A DNA stretch of 36,968 bases. It comes from Bacteroidota bacterium. GTDB lineage: Bacteria > Bacteroidota > Bacteroidia > Bacteroidales > Cfx3-03. A model generated the notes under the pieces. That model worked only from the letters and a program-made list of their open reading frames with translations. It had not been told where the DNA came from and did no database searches. The stretch covers positions 1-36,968 of the forward strand of contig JAUZOX010000001.1 in the NCBI GenBank assembly GCA_030706265.1. The letters are read 5' to 3'. Positions 18,762-29,619 of this stretch are shown piece by piece. Positions within the stretch are counted from its first letter, which is position 1. Each line of letters opens with the position of its first letter. The position numbers were made by a program, and so were the translations under genes.

Positions 18762-19856
18762 ATGAGAATACTGAAATTGATTTTTTTTCTCTTTGTCCCG
18801 TCTTTGTTGACGGCACAGGATCTTCCTTACAAAAACTCATACGCATTTGGCCTCGATGTTTCCTTCGTCAGGCAGCAGGAAGACAACGGCAATAAGTTCA
18901 TGGATACCGATAGCACGGTGAAACCTTGTTTGCAGATATTCAGAGAACATGGGTACAACTGGGGGAGGATCATGATCTGCAACGAACCGGTTTCAGGCCG
19001 CCTTACTCAGGATATTAAATATGTTGTCTCCGCAGCGCAGGATCTTAAGAAGTATGGATATAGTTTCCTGCTCGATTATATGATGTCGAACGGATGGGCC
19101 AATCCGATGGTTCAGCCTGTTCCTTCATTGTGGAAAAACCTGAAACATTCAGAAAGAGTAAAAGTTGTTTATCAATATGTTAAAGAGACGATGACTGCAC
19201 TGAAGGATGCGGGAGTGATGCCTGATATGGTACAGATAGGAAATGAGATAGGCAACGGTTTTCTCTGGCCCGATGGTCGTATCAGGTACGACAGTCTGGA
19301 GTTGAGCAAATGGAAGAATGTTGCGGATTATCTTTCTGCCGGTGCGAAAGCTGTAAGGGAAGTTGCAGGGAAGGAAAAGAATGTAAAAATCATGCTGCAT
19401 GTCGATCATGGAGGAGATATTCCAATGACAAAAACATTCTTTAATAAAATGCGTGAGTTTAAAGTAGATTACGATGTGATTGGCTTTTCATTCTATCCAT
19501 GGTCACATGGCACACTCCTCGATTTAAAGGATAACCTTAGGTTTGCTGCAAAGGAGTACGGTAAGGAAATTATTGTTGTGGAAACCGGTTATTATTGGAG
19601 GCATGGCAATAATTTCAGAAATATCAAACCTCCTTTTCCTGAAACACCTCAGGGACAAAGAGAATGGATGGAAGCTGTTAATGAAATAGTCATGAATACT
19701 CCAGATGGATTAGGAAGGGGCGTATTCTGGTGGGAACCGATGAGCCGTGGCAGGGGTTATTTTGATGAAGCCCGGAAAGTTCAGCCCATAATTAACGCAT
19801 TTGAAAAATATGCCTTGCCGGTAAACCGTGCCGACGGTCAGACGCGAATACAATAA
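18762..19856 (+). CDS. GH53 arabinogalactan endo-beta-1,4-galactanase
   Basis: GLDVSFVRQQEDNGNKF, MVQIGNEIGNGFLWP (acid/base Glu) and IIVVETGY (nucleophile Glu) match the GH53 pattern. Confidence 0.85.
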   Translation: MRILKLIFFLFVPSLLTAQDLPYKNSYAFGLDVSFVRQQEDNGNKFMDTDSTVKPCLQIFREHGYNWGRIMICNEPVSGRLTQDIKYVVSAAQDLKKYGYSFLLDYMMSNGWANPMVQPVPSLWKNLKHSERVKVVYQYVKETMTALKDAGVMPDMVQIGNEIGNGFLWPDGRIRYDSLELSKWKNVADYLSAGAKAVREVAGKEKNVKIMLHVDHGGDIPMTKTFFNKMREFKVDYDVIGFSFYPWSHGTLLDLKDNLRFAAKEYGKEIIVVETGYYWRHGNNFRNIKPPFPETPQGQREWMEAVNEIVMNTPDGLGRGVFWWEPMSRGRGYFDEARKVQPIINAFEKYALPVNRADGQTRIQ

Positions 19857-19874
19857 ATAAGACATTAAAAACTG

Positions 19875-20009
19875 ATGAATAAAAGAAACTACTTACAGGC
19901 TTTAGCATTATTTCTCTTGCTAATAAATATAGCATTCTTCGTAAATGCTACAAATCTGAACAATAGCACCTCTAAAAAAAAATTCCGCATCAAATGGAGG
20001 GAAAATTAA
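19875..20009 (+). pseudogene. Orphan 5' fragment (signal peptide only), paralogous to the start of the GH106-like gene
   Basis: 44-codon ORF MNKRNYLQALALFLLLINIAFFVNA... About 120 bp are highly similar to 22497-22615, and similarity is lost after ~19998. Confidence 0.55.
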
Positions 20010-20095
20010 ATTTGTTTTTTTAAAATACAAATAGTCATCATTCCTAAAAATTTTAAAATCACACATTCAATCGTTTATCTAAAATTATACTAACA

Positions 20096-22447
20096 ATGAT
20101 CAAATCAATACCGTTTTTTTTGTTTGCAATTTTTATTTGCTCTACCCTGCAAGCAAATTTTATTTTTCGGCAAAATACAAACATCTCGGTGGTGTTTAAC
20201 GAAAAAAAAGAGCCTGAAGTGGTACGTACCGCGTTCGACCTTTTTAAAACCGATTATTCCAAAGTGTTTAGCGGAAACCTTACTATTGGCAGTAAGGGAA
20301 TTCTTTATTTCGGAACCGTTGAACTAAACGACAAAGCCGAAAAATTCGTAGATAAAAATGATATTCTGGAGCTTAAAAAACACAAAGAAGGTTTTCTGAT
20401 AACCGTAAAAAAAGGCAATCTTATAGTTTTAGGAAGCGATAAGCGCGGAACAGCTTACGGAATACTCGAAATATCGAGAATGATTGGAGTATCGCCGTGG
20501 GTATGGTGGGCCGATTCGCGTATTGATAAAAAAGAATCGTTCACTTTAGAAGAAGGGTTCAGAATGTTAAAATATCCTTCCGTTGCCCATCGCGGAATAT
20601 TTCTCAATGATGAAGACTGGGGACTGATGCCTTGGAGCTCGCTAACTTATGAGCCATCGCAAAAAAAAGGACAAATAGGACCTAAAACACATGCCAGAAT
20701 TTTCGAATTGCTTTTACGTTTGCGTGCCAATTCGTTTTGGCCGGCCATGCACAGCTGTTCCGTTGCATTTTATTTGACCCCGGGCAACAAAGAAATGGCC
20801 GATAAATATGGCATAATCCTCGGCACATCGCACTGCGAACCCATGATGCGAAACACCAATGCCGAATGGAAATATGCCGGCACGGGCGAATACAACTATA
20901 TAAGTAACAAAGAAAATGTTCTTAAATTTTGGGAAGAACGGGTTAAGCTTCTTTCGGGAGCCGATAATATTTACACCCTCGGAATGCGCGGCATACACGA
21001 TGGACCTATGAATGGAGCCAAAACCCCGGAAGAACAAAAAAATGCACTTGCCAACATTCTCAAAGACCAAAAAGACATATTAATTAAAAATGTAAACCCC
21101 GACATTGAAAAAATACCTCAGGTATTTATTCCGTATAAAGAAGTACTTGATGCTTATAAAATGGGGCTTGAAGTTCCAGATTATGTTACTTTAATGTGGA
21201 CCGACGATAATTATGGTTACCTAAGACATTTTCCCGACGAAAAGGAACGCGCACGCAAAGGTGGAAACGGCGTATATTACCACGCTTCGTATTGGGGCCA
21301 ACCACACGATTACCTTTGGCTTGCAACAAACCACCCGGCACAGATATACACCCAAATGAAACTGGCTTACGACAAAGGAATCCGAAACTTATGGATACTA
21401 AATGTAGGAGATATTAAACCTGCCGAATATTTAATTGAACTTTTTCTGGATATGGCATGGGATATTAACGCCATCGAAAATAACATCAATGGTTTAGATA
21501 AGCATCTTTACACATGGTTACAACGAGAGTTCGGCGAATCAAACGCGAAAGAACTTCTCACGGTTATGAACGAGTACTACCGTTTGGCATACATACGCAA
21601 ACCCGAATTTATGGGCAATACCCGCGAGGAAGAAAAAGACCCGAAATACAGAATTGTATCCGACTTCCCTTGGAGCACAGAATATATTAAAAAACGCATA
21701 GCCCAGTATGCAGCTATATCCGACAAAGTAATTTCAATGTCGGGAACCATTGCTGCACACAAACGCGATGCATGGTTTCAACTTGTTGAATATCCGGTAC
21801 GATGTGCTGCCGAAATGAATAAAAAGCAACTTTATGGCCAGTTGGCTCGACATGGATTAAGCGATTGGGCTTTAAGCGATACGGCATTCTCTACAATTGT
21901 AACATTAACCGAAAAATACAATACGCAAAATAACGGAAAATGGAACCGGATGATGGATTACAAACCACGAAAACTGCCGGTATTTAACATTGCTGCGCGT
22001 ACAAGTGTCGAAAACCCGCTTATAGAAGAGCCAAAACCTTTGTGCGTATTTAATGGGGTCGAATACAAAGAATTCGCAGGCATTAAACCAATAGCTCACG
22101 GACTTGGGTACGAACGCGGCGCTATAAGTTTACCCAAAGGCACGTCTGTAATTTATAACTTCGAAACAACCGGGTTAGATTCCATTAAAATTGAAGTTGC
22201 ATTAGCTCCCAACCACCCGGTAGAAGGAACACAAATACGCTACGCTGTTTCAGTTAATAACGAACCTTCACAAGTAGTCGATTTTAGAACCGAAGGTCGC
22301 AGCGAAGAATGGAAACAAAACGTATTAACGAATAGGGCTATACGCGAAACAACACATGCCATTCCCCTGAATGGCATGAAAACCCTTAAAATTACAGCAA
22401 TAGATGAAGGCGTAATTTTAGATCAGGTTATACTGTTCACGCGCTAA
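20096..22447 (+). CDS. GH115-family glycoside hydrolase (alpha-glucuronidase-type)
   Basis: GTAYGILEISRMIGVSPWVWWAD and HRGIFLNDEDWGLMPW are the characteristic GH115 N-terminal and catalytic-domain motifs. 783 aa with a signal peptide. Confidence 0.8.
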   Translation: MIKSIPFFLFAIFICSTLQANFIFRQNTNISVVFNEKKEPEVVRTAFDLFKTDYSKVFSGNLTIGSKGILYFGTVELNDKAEKFVDKNDILELKKHKEGFLITVKKGNLIVLGSDKRGTAYGILEISRMIGVSPWVWWADSRIDKKESFTLEEGFRMLKYPSVAHRGIFLNDEDWGLMPWSSLTYEPSQKKGQIGPKTHARIFELLLRLRANSFWPAMHSCSVAFYLTPGNKEMADKYGIILGTSHCEPMMRNTNAEWKYAGTGEYNYISNKENVLKFWEERVKLLSGADNIYTLGMRGIHDGPMNGAKTPEEQKNALANILKDQKDILIKNVNPDIEKIPQVFIPYKEVLDAYKMGLEVPDYVTLMWTDDNYGYLRHFPDEKERARKGGNGVYYHASYWGQPHDYLWLATNHPAQIYTQMKLAYDKGIRNLWILNVGDIKPAEYLIELFLDMAWDINAIENNINGLDKHLYTWLQREFGESNAKELLTVMNEYYRLAYIRKPEFMGNTREEEKDPKYRIVSDFPWSTEYIKKRIAQYAAISDKVISMSGTIAAHKRDAWFQLVEYPVRCAAEMNKKQLYGQLARHGLSDWALSDTAFSTIVTLTEKYNTQNNGKWNRMMDYKPRKLPVFNIAARTSVENPLIEEPKPLCVFNGVEYKEFAGIKPIAHGLGYERGAISLPKGTSVIYNFETTGLDSIKIEVALAPNHPVEGTQIRYAVSVNNEPSQVVDFRTEGRSEEWKQNVLTNRAIRETTHAIPLNGMKTLKITAIDEGVILDQVILFTR

Positions 22448-22547
22448 TATGTTTTCGCCCAGCTTTTGCAGTTTGTTAACATATGTGAATATGAAAAATA
22501 AAAACTGATGAAAAAAAAACTACTTACAGGCTTTAGCATTATTTCTC

Positions 22548-25490
22548 TTGCTAATAAATACAGCAATCTTTGTTAACGCTTCAAATCCGAACGATAGCAT
22601 CGCAAAAAACTTTTCCGCAGCAAGGGGTTCAACTCCTTATGTTTTGTGGCAATGGATGAACGGTTGTGTAACCAAAGAGGGTATTTCGTACGATTTAGAA
22701 GCATTTAAACGTATTGGTATAAAGAATGTGCAACAATTTTTAGTAGGTGGCATAGAGGCCGACATTAACGACCCCGATATAACCATACTTGGCGATAAAT
22801 GGATGGAACTAATGCGCTTTTCGCTCGGTGAATGCCAACGTTTAGGTATGGATTTTGGAACGCATAATTGTCCGGGGTGGTCGGCAAGTGGAGCGCCGGG
22901 CTTAAAAGTTGAAGAATCAATGCAAAAACTGATATGGGAGAAAACCTCATTGTCTGGCAGTACTTCTACATCAACCCCTATTACCAGGGCAAAAATCGAT
23001 ACTCTATGGAATTATTACAAGGATATATGCCTGATTGCTATCCCCAAAAATGAAGCGGTTCTCACTAGGGATAAAATTATAGTTATTACAGATGGCCTTG
23101 ATAAATCTGGCCAGCTAAAGAATGCCCTTCCTCAGGGCGAATGGGATGTTTTACGATTTGGACATACCACAATCGGCAAAAAGAATTTAACTGCACCGGT
23201 ATCCGGGCAAGGGTTGGAAGTGGACAAGCTGAGCCGGAAAGCTCTAACTAGTTTCTGGAGTTTATACCCCGAAAAACTTTTGGCAATGGCTGGAGAACAT
23301 GCTGGAAAAACGTTTAAGCGATTTGAAATTGATAGTTACGAAGCCGGAAATCAGGACTGGACACCCGATATGGCCAACGAATTTATGAACCGTCGGGGAT
23401 ATGCAATTTATCCTTGGTTAGTTGTTATCGCCGGATATACCGTAGAATCGAAAGATGTTACCGCACGCTTTAAATACGACTGGCAACGTACGATAAACGA
23501 ACTGTTTGCCGACAACTATTATGGCTACCTCAATGAATTAATTCATAAAGTCCCGGGATTGGAATTTTTGGTAGAACCTTATGGCACAGGAAAGAAAAAC
23601 TTTGACGAACTGGCGATACGTGGCATTGGCGATAAGGTTATGTGCGAATTTTGGACAAAACCTTCCACCTGGGGCTGGGAATCCATATTGCCCGTTTCTT
23701 CCAATGCACATGTTAACGGAAAAAAAATTGTAGCTGCCGAAGCTTTTACCGGGCAACCACAGTATGCTTTTCAGACAGATTTAGCCGCATTGAAAGTTTC
23801 AGGCGACCAGGCGTTCAGCGAAGGGGTTAACCTCTTTGTACTTCATGCAAGCGCCCATCAGCCTTGGCCACAGGTAAAGCCGGGTATGACGATGGGTTGG
23901 TGGGGAACTCAATTCGGGCCATCGCAAACATGGTGGAACCATGGTGCAGCCCAGTGGGTACAATACGTTACACGATGCCAAAATATTCTTCAAAAAGGAT
24001 TATTTGTTGGCGATTTGTGCTACTTACAACTGTATAGCCAAAAGAAAACCAACATTCCGCAAGGGTATAAGGCTGATATTTGTAACGAAAAAGAATTTTT
24101 TACCCGATTTTCGGTTAAAGAAAAGAAGCTTGTACTACCCGATGGAATGTCGTACCGAATATTGGTACTTCCCGACAGTTGCAAAATAGAACCGGAGCTT
24201 GCCCGCAAAATCGAAAAATCAGTTAACGATGGTGCAATTGTTGTTGGAAGTGGATTTACAGGTAGTCCGGGGTTAAACGGTTTTGCAACTACCAATAGCG
24301 AAATTCGAGCTATTAGCGAACGTTTATTTGGTACGTTTGGCGCAAAAGATCAGATGGCAAAAAATGTTCGAAATATTGGTAAGGGAAAAGTTTATTGCTG
24401 CTATTCCGCTCAGGAAGCTTTGGAAAAAGAAAATATTTCAAAAGACATTGAGGTTTTGAACAACGAAAAAGACGTGGCATGGATTCATCGCAACGATGGT
24501 GACGAACATTACTATTTCATTTCCAATTCATCTGCAAAAAATAAATCAATTCAAATAAGCTTTCGGATAAGCGAGATGCAGCCCGAAATATGGAATCCGG
24601 TTACAGGACAAATAGCCAATGCGTTGGTTTGGAAAACCGATAATAAGCGAACAACAGTATCCCTCAATATGGATGCCAATGGCTCGTGCTTTGTTGTGTT
24701 CCGTAATAAAAGTAAAAGTGCTTCGGGGGTCATAAAAGCCCTAAAGCTAAATAACGATACTGTCAACGTTAACGATCACCTAACATTTAATAATCAATTA
24801 ATTTTATATTCTAAAGGCGTTTATAAACTAATCTTACAAAACGGTAAAACCATTACAAAAGAAAACAATAGCGAGCCGGAAAAGATTCTTTTAAACGACG
24901 ATTGGGATGTTCGTTTTCAAGAAAATCGGGGTGCTCCTTCATCGGCTCATTTCGCGAAACTTATTTCGTGGCCTTTACATGCTGATTCCGCTATTAAATT
25001 CTTTTCAGGAACCGCACATTATAAAAAAACATTTCGGCTCAATTCCGAACAATTTAAACCTACCAAACGCATACTTATAGATTTAGGCGAAGTAAAAAAC
25101 GTTGCCACTATTACAGTCAATCAAAAAGAAGTAGCGGTTATTTGGAACCCACCATTTTCGGTAGATATTACCGACTATTGCAACTCCGGCGAAAACTTGT
25201 TGGAAATTGCAGTTACCAATCTTTGGCCAAACCGAATTATTGGAGATAAAACTCAGCCCGATGATTGTGTATGGGGTGCAATTCGCAGCTTCCCACCTTT
25301 TTCAATTGGTCGCAATCTTCAGGTTGTACCCGATTGGGTTAAAAATAAAACCGAACGCCCAAGCAAAAATCGTATAACCTTTTGTACTGTGGATTTCTTT
25401 AAAAAAGATACACCTTTATTACCGTCAGGTTTAATCGGTCCGGTTCAAATAACGGTTGAAGATACTTGGGATATTTATGGTGTACAATAA
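22548..25490 (+). CDS. Large glycoside hydrolase, GH106-like (alpha-L-rhamnosidase-type); 5' end out of frame with its ATG
   Basis: PYVLWQWMNGCVTKEGISYDLEAFKRIGIKNVQQF at the N-terminus and VTNLWPNRIIGD near the C-terminus resemble GH106 / 'glycosyl hydrolase' proteins of Bacteroidota. The frame is open back to 22512, but the only ATG (22508) is +1 off because of an A9 run. The family call is tentative. Confidence 0.55.
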   Translation: MLINTAIFVNASNPNDSIAKNFSAARGSTPYVLWQWMNGCVTKEGISYDLEAFKRIGIKNVQQFLVGGIEADINDPDITILGDKWMELMRFSLGECQRLGMDFGTHNCPGWSASGAPGLKVEESMQKLIWEKTSLSGSTSTSTPITRAKIDTLWNYYKDICLIAIPKNEAVLTRDKIIVITDGLDKSGQLKNALPQGEWDVLRFGHTTIGKKNLTAPVSGQGLEVDKLSRKALTSFWSLYPEKLLAMAGEHAGKTFKRFEIDSYEAGNQDWTPDMANEFMNRRGYAIYPWLVVIAGYTVESKDVTARFKYDWQRTINELFADNYYGYLNELIHKVPGLEFLVEPYGTGKKNFDELAIRGIGDKVMCEFWTKPSTWGWESILPVSSNAHVNGKKIVAAEAFTGQPQYAFQTDLAALKVSGDQAFSEGVNLFVLHASAHQPWPQVKPGMTMGWWGTQFGPSQTWWNHGAAQWVQYVTRCQNILQKGLFVGDLCYLQLYSQKKTNIPQGYKADICNEKEFFTRFSVKEKKLVLPDGMSYRILVLPDSCKIEPELARKIEKSVNDGAIVVGSGFTGSPGLNGFATTNSEIRAISERLFGTFGAKDQMAKNVRNIGKGKVYCCYSAQEALEKENISKDIEVLNNEKDVAWIHRNDGDEHYYFISNSSAKNKSIQISFRISEMQPEIWNPVTGQIANALVWKTDNKRTTVSLNMDANGSCFVVFRNKSKSASGVIKALKLNNDTVNVNDHLTFNNQLILYSKGVYKLILQNGKTITKENNSEPEKILLNDDWDVRFQENRGAPSSAHFAKLISWPLHADSAIKFFSGTAHYKKTFRLNSEQFKPTKRILIDLGEVKNVATITVNQKEVAVIWNPPFSVDITDYCNSGENLLEIAVTNLWPNRIIGDKTQPDDCVWGAIRSFPPFSIGRNLQVVPDWVKNKTERPSKNRITFCTVDFFKKDTPLLPSGLIGPVQITVEDTWDIYGVQ

Positions 25491-25538
25491 AAATACCTTA
25501 TATATGATTATCAATTATTTACATACTTTTTTGCTTTC

Positions 25539-26504
25539 ATGATTTTCAACTTGGCTTTTTGTACCGGAGTATTTTGTCAGACAGCTGCCGACTCCATTTA
25601 CGTAGCCAAATACAAAGCCGACAAGCAATGCGCCATCAGCTACACTTTCGACGATGCGCATTTGGAGCATTACACGCTTGTTTTTCCAAAGTTCGAAAAA
25701 CTCGGATTTAAAGCTACATTCTGGGTTAACGGCAAAACTATTGAAGATTACGAGAAAGGGTTACCCAATCATACTCCGAGAGCATCTTGGAAAAACCTTA
25801 AAATCATGGCCGAACACGGGCACGAAATCTCGAACCACGGCTGGAGTCACAAAAATTTGGTTAACTTTCCGCTGGAAGAAGGACGTGTTGATATAGAGCG
25901 AAATGATAGCGCCATTTTGGCAAATATAGGAGAACGCCCCATAACCTACTGTTACCCCAACAACAGCAAATCTCCCGAAGCTATAAAAATGGCCTCTGCA
26001 AACCGCATAGGTACACGCACCAAACAATTCCAGGTAGGTAGCAACTCGACAACCGAAAACCTCAACTGCCTTATCGACACTTTTTTAACTAAGCGCGAGT
26101 GGGGAGTGCCCATGATTCACGGTATTACAATCGGTTACGATGCTTTTAAGTCGGATTCCATTTTTTGGAACCACCTCGACAAAGTAAAAACCTTAGAAAA
26201 TAAAATCTGGGTTGCCACCTTCCGCGATGTTGCCGCCTATACTGCCGAACAGCAAAATATTAAACTCGAAACCATTCAAAAAGGTAAAAATTGGATTATA
26301 AAACCAGTTCTTACCCTCGATAAAAAGCTTTTTAAATACCCTTTAACCATGGTTTTACAGAAAAATGGAATCCGGAAACTTTCGGTTAAGCAAGATTCTA
26401 AAAAACTGGCAGTGGAAATTCTTCCCGACAAGGCGATGTTCGATTTTGACCCAAATGGAGAGGAAATAATAATTACTACAACTGTGGGATCATTCGAACG
26501 CTGA
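25539..26504 (+). CDS. Polysaccharide deacetylase (NodB/CE4-like)
   Basis: ISYTFDDAHLEHY (TFDD motif) and HEISNHGWSH (His motif). The start is uncertain: the N-terminus MIFNLAFCTGVFCQ is a weak signal peptide and there is no upstream in-frame ATG. Confidence 0.7.
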   Translation: MIFNLAFCTGVFCQTAADSIYVAKYKADKQCAISYTFDDAHLEHYTLVFPKFEKLGFKATFWVNGKTIEDYEKGLPNHTPRASWKNLKIMAEHGHEISNHGWSHKNLVNFPLEEGRVDIERNDSAILANIGERPITYCYPNNSKSPEAIKMASANRIGTRTKQFQVGSNSTTENLNCLIDTFLTKREWGVPMIHGITIGYDAFKSDSIFWNHLDKVKTLENKIWVATFRDVAAYTAEQQNIKLETIQKGKNWIIKPVLTLDKKLFKYPLTMVLQKNGIRKLSVKQDSKKLAVEILPDKAMFDFDPNGEEIIITTTVGSFER

Positions 26505-26579
26505 TGTAAGAAGAAAAGTAAGGCGAAATTATATTCTGTTGCGCTCTTAAATAGTGTAAAACTTAAATTAGAAACAAAT

Positions 26580-29489
26580 ATGAGTGAAAGTACAAAAAAC
26601 CGAACTAGTTTTTGGATCTCCCTGGTGCAAAAAAACGGTATGATAAAACCCTTAATTGAAATAACAGGAATCTTTTCAATTATAGGGTTGATTGGGCGTT
26701 TTTTCAATAATGCTTATTTCGACTGGCTGCGCTGTTGCTGTATAACAATGCTTTGTTTTTATTGTGTAACAGCATTAGCTGGTTCACCACAGGCTCCGAG
26801 CGATACAAAAATCATAGACAACTTTTCCTCCTTAGGTATCGACCAGCCACAGCCCAGGTTTGCATGGATATTACATGATAAAGAACGCGGGCAAATTCAA
26901 ACAGCCTATCAGGTAATGGTGGTGACAAAGACAGACAATTTCGAAAATTCGAATAACGTGGTCTGGAATAGCGGTAAGCAGCTTTCAAATGAACAGTATG
27001 GCATTGTTTACAGCGGCAAACCCTTGCTTTCAACTACCCGATACTTGTGGAAAGTGAGAACATGGAATAAAGACAATGTGGCATCGCCCTGGAGCACTCC
27101 TGTTAGTTTTGTAACCGGCTTTTTACGTCCAGGTGATTGGGCAGCAAACACACAATGGATTCGTCTTCCGAAAGCGATAAGTAAAGAAGTTAATCCCTTG
27201 CCGATGTTCAGAAAGGAATTTACTGTAAGTAAAAAGGTGAGCAGTGCCTGGCTGTATATCAGCGGGCTGGGTCAGTTTAACAGTTTCCTCAATGGCGCGA
27301 AAATCGGTGACAACGTGATTGATCCAGCCTGGACAGAATATAGTAAAACGGTGAATTATGTGACTTTTGACCTGACCTCAAAACTCAGGACAGGAAAAAA
27401 CGCGATAGGTGTAATGTTAGGCAATGGTTTATTCGCGCGTAAAGCCATGCGTGATTTCGGCCCTTTGGTCATGATTGCTCAGCTCCATATTAACTTCGCC
27501 GACGGTACATCAACCGACATTGTTTCAGATAACACCTGGAAAGCAAGGGAGAGCCCTTTTACATTAACTACCTTCGACGCCACGGAGCACTATGATGCCC
27601 GATTGGCGGTAGAGGGCTGGGATTCACCGGGTCTTGACGATCGGGAATGGGAGAACGCCGTGGTCGCTAAAGCTCCTGAGGGGAAGCTTATCGCTCAAAG
27701 TTCACCTCCTGTTACCGCCCGCAAAACGTTTGAACCCGTTAAGATAAGTACGCCGGCTCCCGGGATTTTGGTTTACGACTTCGGCCAGAATATGAGCGGA
27801 ACATTCGATGTTGTTTTGCGCGGGCAGCGAGGAGCCGTGGTCACCATCTTTCCCGGTGAGGCGACCACCGCCGATGGACGCATTATTCAGGGCCGCACAT
27901 CCGGCTGTTTATATACATTGAACGGTAAGGGAGACGAGCATTGGCGACTAAGTTTTTCAAGCATCGGCTTTAGATACCTTGAATTCAGAGACGTGGCTAC
28001 CGAAACCTCAGCAAGCACCCTGCCAGTGGTGGGTAAGGTTAACGCACAATTTGTGTATACCGCCTCCCGTGAAACAGGCTCATTCCGTGCATCAGACCCG
28101 CGGTATAACCAGATTTTTGACATGGTGTTAAACGGTCTTCGGAGTAATATGATCAGCATTCATACCGACGGACCTAATTATGAAAGGCTTGGATGGCAGG
28201 AGGTAGTATATACGATTTTCCCCGGCTCATCCTATTATTTTGATCTTCATAACCTGTACTCTAAAATTGTAGAGGATGTGAAAAGCGCACAGCGTGTGTC
28301 AGGCATGAGTCCGAGTATTGCGCCCAATTACTGGTCAACAGAAAATACACCATCCCGCGGTGTTTTTGATGATTCACCCGCATGGGGCGCATCGATGATC
28401 GCATTGCCGTGGCAGCTATACCAGGTTTACGGAGACAGCAGCGTTTTAAGGAATGCTCTGCCTAATATGAAAAAATACCTGGCCTATCTGAAAACGAAAG
28501 AAACTCCGGCAGGTGTGGTCAGTTACGGACTGGGCGACTGGATGGCTCCTGGGGGTACTTCAGTACCCAATGTAGAAGGAGCTATATACGTGATGGATAC
28601 TAAAATTATGTATGAGGCAACGAAACTGTTTAAAACACAGGATGCTAGTTATTTTAAGGATGAATATGAGCGTGTCAGGGCGGCTTATAACCTTAAATAT
28701 TATGATAAGGATAAGAAAACGTATCTTCCTGCCTCTCAGGCTAATTTGTCTATGCCTTTAGCCTTCGGAATCGTGTCGGAGGCTGACCGCAAGGCCGTTA
28801 TGGAGCAGCTGGTGAAAGTTATAGGGAATCCTGTAGCAATTGTTGATTCATCGAGGGGTTCAAAGCCCGGACAATTCGGACCTGTTTTACCTGATCATAT
28901 TACCACAGGAGACATCGGGACAACTTACCTTTGGCGGACACTGGGTGATGCCGGACAAGCGGATCTGGTTCAGAAGATGATCATGCAGGAGGAGAGGCCA
29001 AGTTACTGGAGTATGGTTAAATATGGATTTACAACTCTTCCGGAGAATTGGAACTATCCCAAAACGCGCAGTAACAATCATGATATGTACGCAGGTATTT
29101 TTGAATGGTTTTTCAGGTCGCTGGGCGGTATCTCTGCGGTAAAGCCAGGATATGAAGAGTTTGCGTTAAAAGCTGTTTACCCGAAAGGGCTTGACAGTGT
29201 TAACATCACTTCAGGAACAATTAGGGGACTGATCCGCTCTTCCTGGACAAATAAAAACGGTCGCATGAGCTGGAAAGTCACTGTACCCGTAAATTCAAAA
29301 GCAATCCTTTACATCCCGTATGCTACTGACAGGACTATCACAGAAGGAGGAAAAAAAATCTGGGCAAAGGACAATGTTTCAGGAAATGTGAACGGCATTA
29401 AATGGAAAGGATCAGAGACCGATGTCGATTCGGGAAAACAGTATATCGTTTGGACGGTCGGCTCTGGCAACTATGAATTTATATGGTAG
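26580..29489 (+). CDS. GH78 alpha-L-rhamnosidase
   Basis: QPRFAWIL..IQTAYQVMV, YLWKVRTWNKDNVASPWSTPVSFVTG, and a six-hairpin-type C-terminal half. The true start is probably internal (26640 or 26748). Confidence 0.85.
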   Translation: MSESTKNRTSFWISLVQKNGMIKPLIEITGIFSIIGLIGRFFNNAYFDWLRCCCITMLCFYCVTALAGSPQAPSDTKIIDNFSSLGIDQPQPRFAWILHDKERGQIQTAYQVMVVTKTDNFENSNNVVWNSGKQLSNEQYGIVYSGKPLLSTTRYLWKVRTWNKDNVASPWSTPVSFVTGFLRPGDWAANTQWIRLPKAISKEVNPLPMFRKEFTVSKKVSSAWLYISGLGQFNSFLNGAKIGDNVIDPAWTEYSKTVNYVTFDLTSKLRTGKNAIGVMLGNGLFARKAMRDFGPLVMIAQLHINFADGTSTDIVSDNTWKARESPFTLTTFDATEHYDARLAVEGWDSPGLDDREWENAVVAKAPEGKLIAQSSPPVTARKTFEPVKISTPAPGILVYDFGQNMSGTFDVVLRGQRGAVVTIFPGEATTADGRIIQGRTSGCLYTLNGKGDEHWRLSFSSIGFRYLEFRDVATETSASTLPVVGKVNAQFVYTASRETGSFRASDPRYNQIFDMVLNGLRSNMISIHTDGPNYERLGWQEVVYTIFPGSSYYFDLHNLYSKIVEDVKSAQRVSGMSPSIAPNYWSTENTPSRGVFDDSPAWGASMIALPWQLYQVYGDSSVLRNALPNMKKYLAYLKTKETPAGVVSYGLGDWMAPGGTSVPNVEGAIYVMDTKIMYEATKLFKTQDASYFKDEYERVRAAYNLKYYDKDKKTYLPASQANLSMPLAFGIVSEADRKAVMEQLVKVIGNPVAIVDSSRGSKPGQFGPVLPDHITTGDIGTTYLWRTLGDAGQADLVQKMIMQEERPSYWSMVKYGFTTLPENWNYPKTRSNNHDMYAGIFEWFFRSLGGISAVKPGYEEFALKAVYPKGLDSVNITSGTIRGLIRSSWTNKNGRMSWKVTVPVNSKAILYIPYATDRTITEGGKKIWAKDNVSGNVNGIKWKGSETDVDSGKQYIVWTVGSGNYEFIW

Positions 29490-29619
29490 TCGGCAGGTAG
29501 GGACTCAGATTTTCGAAAGGTTAATAACAACACTCATTTTACCTTTCTTTGCCCTTGGTTCTTGCATGTTTGGTTTAAAAACAGAACTTCGATTAAGTTT
29601 AACTATTACAAGTACAATT

